Shown piece after piece: positions 61,021 to 64,000 of a stretch of 64,000 nucleotides of DNA (position 1 is the stretch's first letter; every line of letters begins with the position of its first letter). The notes beneath the pieces are model-generated. The model searched no databases. It was given only the letters and a program-made list of their open reading frames with translations, and was not told the origin of the DNA. This stretch comes from Giardia intestinalis. Lineage: Eukaryota. Both the position numbers and the translations under genes were made by a program. The stretch lies in the NCBI GenBank assembly GCA_000002435.2, contig CM018792.1; one strand, 5' to 3'.

Positions 61021-64000
61021 CTACCCGAGGTAGTACGGTATGGAGAAGAATCCGTTATGCTCCACAGGGAGATCCAAGAGCCCATTTATAAGCACCGTTG
61101 CAAAAAGCCGGCCAACCTGCTCTTCAGCCAACCTCACGGGAATCCCGTCCCGCATGTTGACGTCAGGATCCCCGTACTTACTCAGCATAGGAGCGGGCTG
61201 GGTCCATATGACTCCAGTCCCATTGAGGCAGAGGATCTTGTTCTGCGCGGGCAAATAGAACACGGCAGGAAGAATGCACGCAGCGCTATGGTGGAGAATG
61301 GAGATGAAAATGCTATACTTATGGAGGGCCTTTGCCGATATGTCTATAACAGGAGTCCAAACATCCAAACTATCGTGCAGAGCAAGGAACCTATCGATAT
61401 CTAGATAATCGGGAGTCTCCTGGATGTTGATATTGGTATGAGTATGGCCGCAGAAGTTACAGAAGCACTGTCCACACATCATGCACACAATGAGATTGAT
61501 CTCGTCATTCTTAGACCTCTCTGGTGTGTATTTGCAGTATGGACAAGCGTGCTTATCTGTGATGTACTTTTTCAGAGCTTTAACGGCCGTGTAGGAAAAC
61601 GGAAAGACCTTGTATAGGTAGCGCCTGGAATAATCCAGAGGCGTGATGCGGAGACTGTCCCTGCCTGCTATCATGCTGTAGAGGCCATAGGAAGACGGGG
61701 GTGCGGCTACTGTAAAACTGTGGCGGCTATCCACGAAGCTCCGGAGGTGAGTCATGCAAAACCTGCGGGCGTGAAGGGAGTATCCTTCTAAAGAGCTGAT
61801 CGAAGAAATAACCTTGTTGTGCTCTGAGGCAGTATTCCCGAAGAAGGTTCCCACGGCAGAAAGCACGTGGGATGCCTTGAAGGCATGAACAAAGAGATAA
61901 AGTTCTCCTGGGGTGACAATAGACCTGGCGGCCGTAAGAGCGTTCTTTGCAAGAATAACAAACTTCCTATGCTCAAATCTTGGCATGGTCGCACAGATAT
62001 TCGAAAGAATCTCGTCCTGTGAATAGTTGGTAGTCTTCCAACCCTGGTAAGCTAGACCCAGAGTGTCATTAATTTCGGTGAATAGCTCAATAATAAGACC
62101 CGCATTCCAAGGCGTCTGTTCCTCGTCGTAGCCCAGTTTTGTAGTTAATTCATTCAGTGCCTCTGCAACGCTCTCTGCAAAGAGGGCCAGGTCGTAATCA
62201 GACGAATGCCTCATAGAGATGTGTGCGTGATCTACTATAAGGCTCCGAGCCATTAGAGCTTCCCGCTGACAGTAGGATTGGTAAGACAAGGCGTCGCTCG
62301 GACAGGAGTTGTACTGCGAATGAAGGTTATGATATTGCTGCTCTGATATCAGAACAGAGGGCTCTGTAATTGAGAAAAGCCCGACCTCATAGGAGAGGAA
62401 AAGTGCAACAAACACAACGGCTGGGTTCTCATACAGATTAGTGAAGGGCAGGAAAACATCTTCGCCCGGGTGTAGAAGGTCGAAACAGGCTAGCAGCTGG
62501 CCAAGATAGTGCATGAAAAGAGGAAATCCGATGACCCCGACGATGCGGTTGGATATTTGGAGAAAGATTCCAAGGTAGCAATTCACCTGGGAAAAGTTAT
62601 ATATTGACGGAATTATGCACTGTGCCTTAAGAGAGAGCTCCCTCCTTCCATCGTTCTGGTCTAAAATCGCCTGAGAGATTTCCCTATCGGTGAGAGTCAT
62701 GGAATTCCCCTGGGCCCAATAGACTACCTTTTCCGTGGAGCCGCTCTCGGCTGAGATGTTGTCTACAAAGCCATACATATTCTTGGTCTTTGGTGTCCTT
62801 TCGGTATCCTTCAAGATACCAATAAGCGTTTCAAGAACTTTGACAAAGGAGCGGTGGAGCTCCATGAAAAGCTCTTGCTGTAGTATATGGGTGCACCTCA
62901 TGCGCGCAGGACCAAAGGCGATAGTGCACAGGTTTGGGCCATACCTATTTATGAGAAAGGAAAGCGTTATCTGTGCTATCAATACAACGCTCCCAAGGGA
63001 CGAGAGATTGGATCCAAGCATCGTCATAAGTCTGCTATCCGTGAAAAGCTTGCTTTGAAGCCCTATGCTGAAGCCATGGAGAGTAAGGAAGGTGTTGTAA
63101 AGAATGAGGTCAGAAAACATGATGTACCATGCAGAGTAGATCAGATTTTGTGAATGCGCTAGGGACGTCTCTTGATGCCTAGCAGACCGTCTTGGGAACA
63201 AAAGCTGGGCTGTTGGCGACTCAGTAAGAGAAAACGAGGAGGCACTGACGAATTCTGCATAAAGCTGCTGTGTGGATAGTGCGATGGTTGCGTTACCGTG
63301 GTAAATAAGAACGCTCATGCACATGGCCATGGCGAGTGATTGAAGACGAAACTCCTCGAGCAACTGCTCCTTAAGCTTAGCAATCCCCTCTGGACTTGAC
63401 GACTGACTCTTGTAGGCGGTCACTACGGGCAGACACGTGTTATAAAAGCGGCGGCAGATAGAGCAGGTCTTAGGGAGAGAAGTGATCTTATTGAAGGACA
63501 AACAGCTGCTGTGGGAGAAATGCTTGCATCCTGCAACGCGAATGAAATACTTCACCGTTGGGACGTCATAGAGCTTGTCAGAAAGACTGTGCACAAGCGG
63601 TATTGCGTTCCAGATGGAAAGTGTGGTGCTCTTAGAAAAGATCACTCCTCGAAAGGCATCCTTATACTTGATGTGGTTAGTATGATGCGCAATCTCTTCA
63701 AGATGCTGGTCTGCAGGAAGCGGCGGATAGGCTATCAACACCAGGTCCTTGTCGAACAGTTGGCGAGCTGGGTTGATCCACGGGTGCTCTAATATGTTCG
63801 AGAATTCCTTGTCTCCCTTGTGGCTTTGCTTAAGGATATTTGCGTAGAGCTTGTTGAGGCTGTTCGGGACGAACGCTACTGGCTGGCATATGGGCAGTTC
63901 TGGCACATCAAAGAGCCTGCAGTTGTAGCACTGAGTGTCATTATTAACTATGATGCTCTGAACAACCTCATATAAGACCTTGCCTACTGACGCTGGGAAA
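61021..64000 (-). CDS. Large hypothetical Cys/His-rich protein, 5'-partial: the ORF continues past the window end
   Basis: The ORF-track start at 63906 is a GTG read as M. Translating the minus strand upstream of 63906 (63907..64000) gives no stop codon up to the window edge (FPASVGKVLYEVVQSIIVNNDTQCYNCRLFD-VPELP...). The protein has C-terminal zinc-binding-like clusters (HACPYCKYT...CMMCGQCFCNFCGH). Confidence 0.7.
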   Translation of the reverse strand, partial: FPASVGKVLYEVVQSIIVNNDTQCYNCRLFDVPELPICQPVAFVPNSLNKLYANILKQSHKGDKEFSNILEHPWINPARQLFDKDLVLIAYPPLPADQHLEEIAHHTNHIKYKDAFRGVIFSKSTTLSIWNAIPLVHSLSDKLYDVPTVKYFIRVAGCKHFSHSSCLSFNKITSLPKTCSICRRFYNTCLPVVTAYKSQSSSPEGIAKLKEQLLEEFRLQSLAMAMCMSVLIYHGNATIALSTQQLYAEFVSASSFSLTESPTAQLLFPRRSARHQETSLAHSQNLIYSAWYIMFSDLILYNTFLTLHGFSIGLQSKLFTDSRLMTMLGSNLSSLGSVVLIAQITLSFLINRYGPNLCTIAFGPARMRCTHILQQELFMELHRSFVKVLETLIGILKDTERTPKTKNMYGFVDNISAESGSTEKVVYWAQGNSMTLTDREISQAILDQNDGRRELSLKAQCIIPSIYNFSQVNCYLGIFLQISNRIVGVIGFPLFMHYLGQLLACFDLLHPGEDVFLPFTNLYENPAVVFVALFLSYEVGLFSITEPSVLISEQQYHNLHSQYNSCPSDALSYQSYCQREALMARSLIVDHAHISMRHSSDYDLALFAESVAEALNELTTKLGYDEEQTPWNAGLIIELFTEINDTLGLAYQGWKTTNYSQDEILSNICATMPRFEHRKFVILAKNALTAARSIVTPGELYLFVHAFKASHVLSAVGTFFGNTASEHNKVISSISSLEGYSLHARRFCMTHLRSFVDSRHSFTVAAPPSSYGLYSMIAGRDSLRITPLDYSRRYLYKVFPFSYTAVKALKKYITDKHACPYCKYTPERSKNDEINLIVCMMCGQCFCNFCGHTHTNINIQETPDYLDIDRFLALHDSLDVWTPVIDISAKALHKYSIFISILHHSAACILPAVFYLPAQNKILCLNGTGVIWTQPAPMLSKYGDPDVNMRDGIPVRLAEEQVGRLFATVLINGLLDLPVEHNGFFSIPYYLG

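Noticed and set aside
1-64000. Prokaryote-style features such as CRISPR arrays, operons, RBS and rho-independent terminators, or defence islands
   Set aside because: The sequence is eukaryotic (Giardia). No direct-repeat/spacer arrays are present, and gene organisation is monocistronic with AGTRAAY polyadenylation signals.

Overview
This window looks like nuclear DNA of Giardia intestinalis (lamblia), a eukaryote. The evidence is a 741-aa cysteine-rich surface protein with CXXC and GGCY motifs, a C-terminal transmembrane helix and the invariant CRGKA tail of variant-specific surface proteins (VSPs); AGTAAAC/AGTAAAT polyadenylation signals at or just after stop codons; intergenic gaps of 12-200 bp; and a 'Protein 21.1'-like ankyrin gene. 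The left ~19.5 kb is a giant near-perfect inverted repeat. Its arms are 1..~8424 (cut by the window edge) and ~11045..19468, with only three SNPs found where mirrored ORFs could be compared. Each arm carries one copy of the VSP gene, and the two copies are identical at the protein level and arranged head-to-head. Each arm also has a ~4.3 kb GC-rich stretch and a ~0.9 kb AT-rich stretch with no credible ORF. The ~2.6 kb unique centre (8425..11044) holds a dead non-LTR retrotransposon remnant of the GilM/GilT/GilD type: reverse-transcriptase motifs, a YADD box broken by a 1-bp deletion, CCHC zinc-finger remnants and a REL-endonuclease domain, with at least three frameshifts. The right ~44 kb is an ordinary gene-dense Giardia core region. 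It encodes 2-Cys peroxiredoxin with a signal peptide, an NHL-repeat protein, ribosomal protein L13a, a DPCD homologue, thymidylate kinase, EF-2, a Protein 21.1 ankyrin protein, a 1552-aa hypothetical protein, choline/ethanolamine kinase, a DRC3-like LRR/coiled-coil protein, a MARK/AMPK-like kinase with a KA1 domain, RuvBL2, a Kelch protein, a multi-RRM nucleolar protein and several coiled-coil hypotheticals. It also carries a tRNA-Arg(CCG) gene at 53715..53786 that the ORF track misses. The most interesting thing here is the VSP palindrome with the retroelement at its centre; no new system stands out in the core-gene half beyond that.
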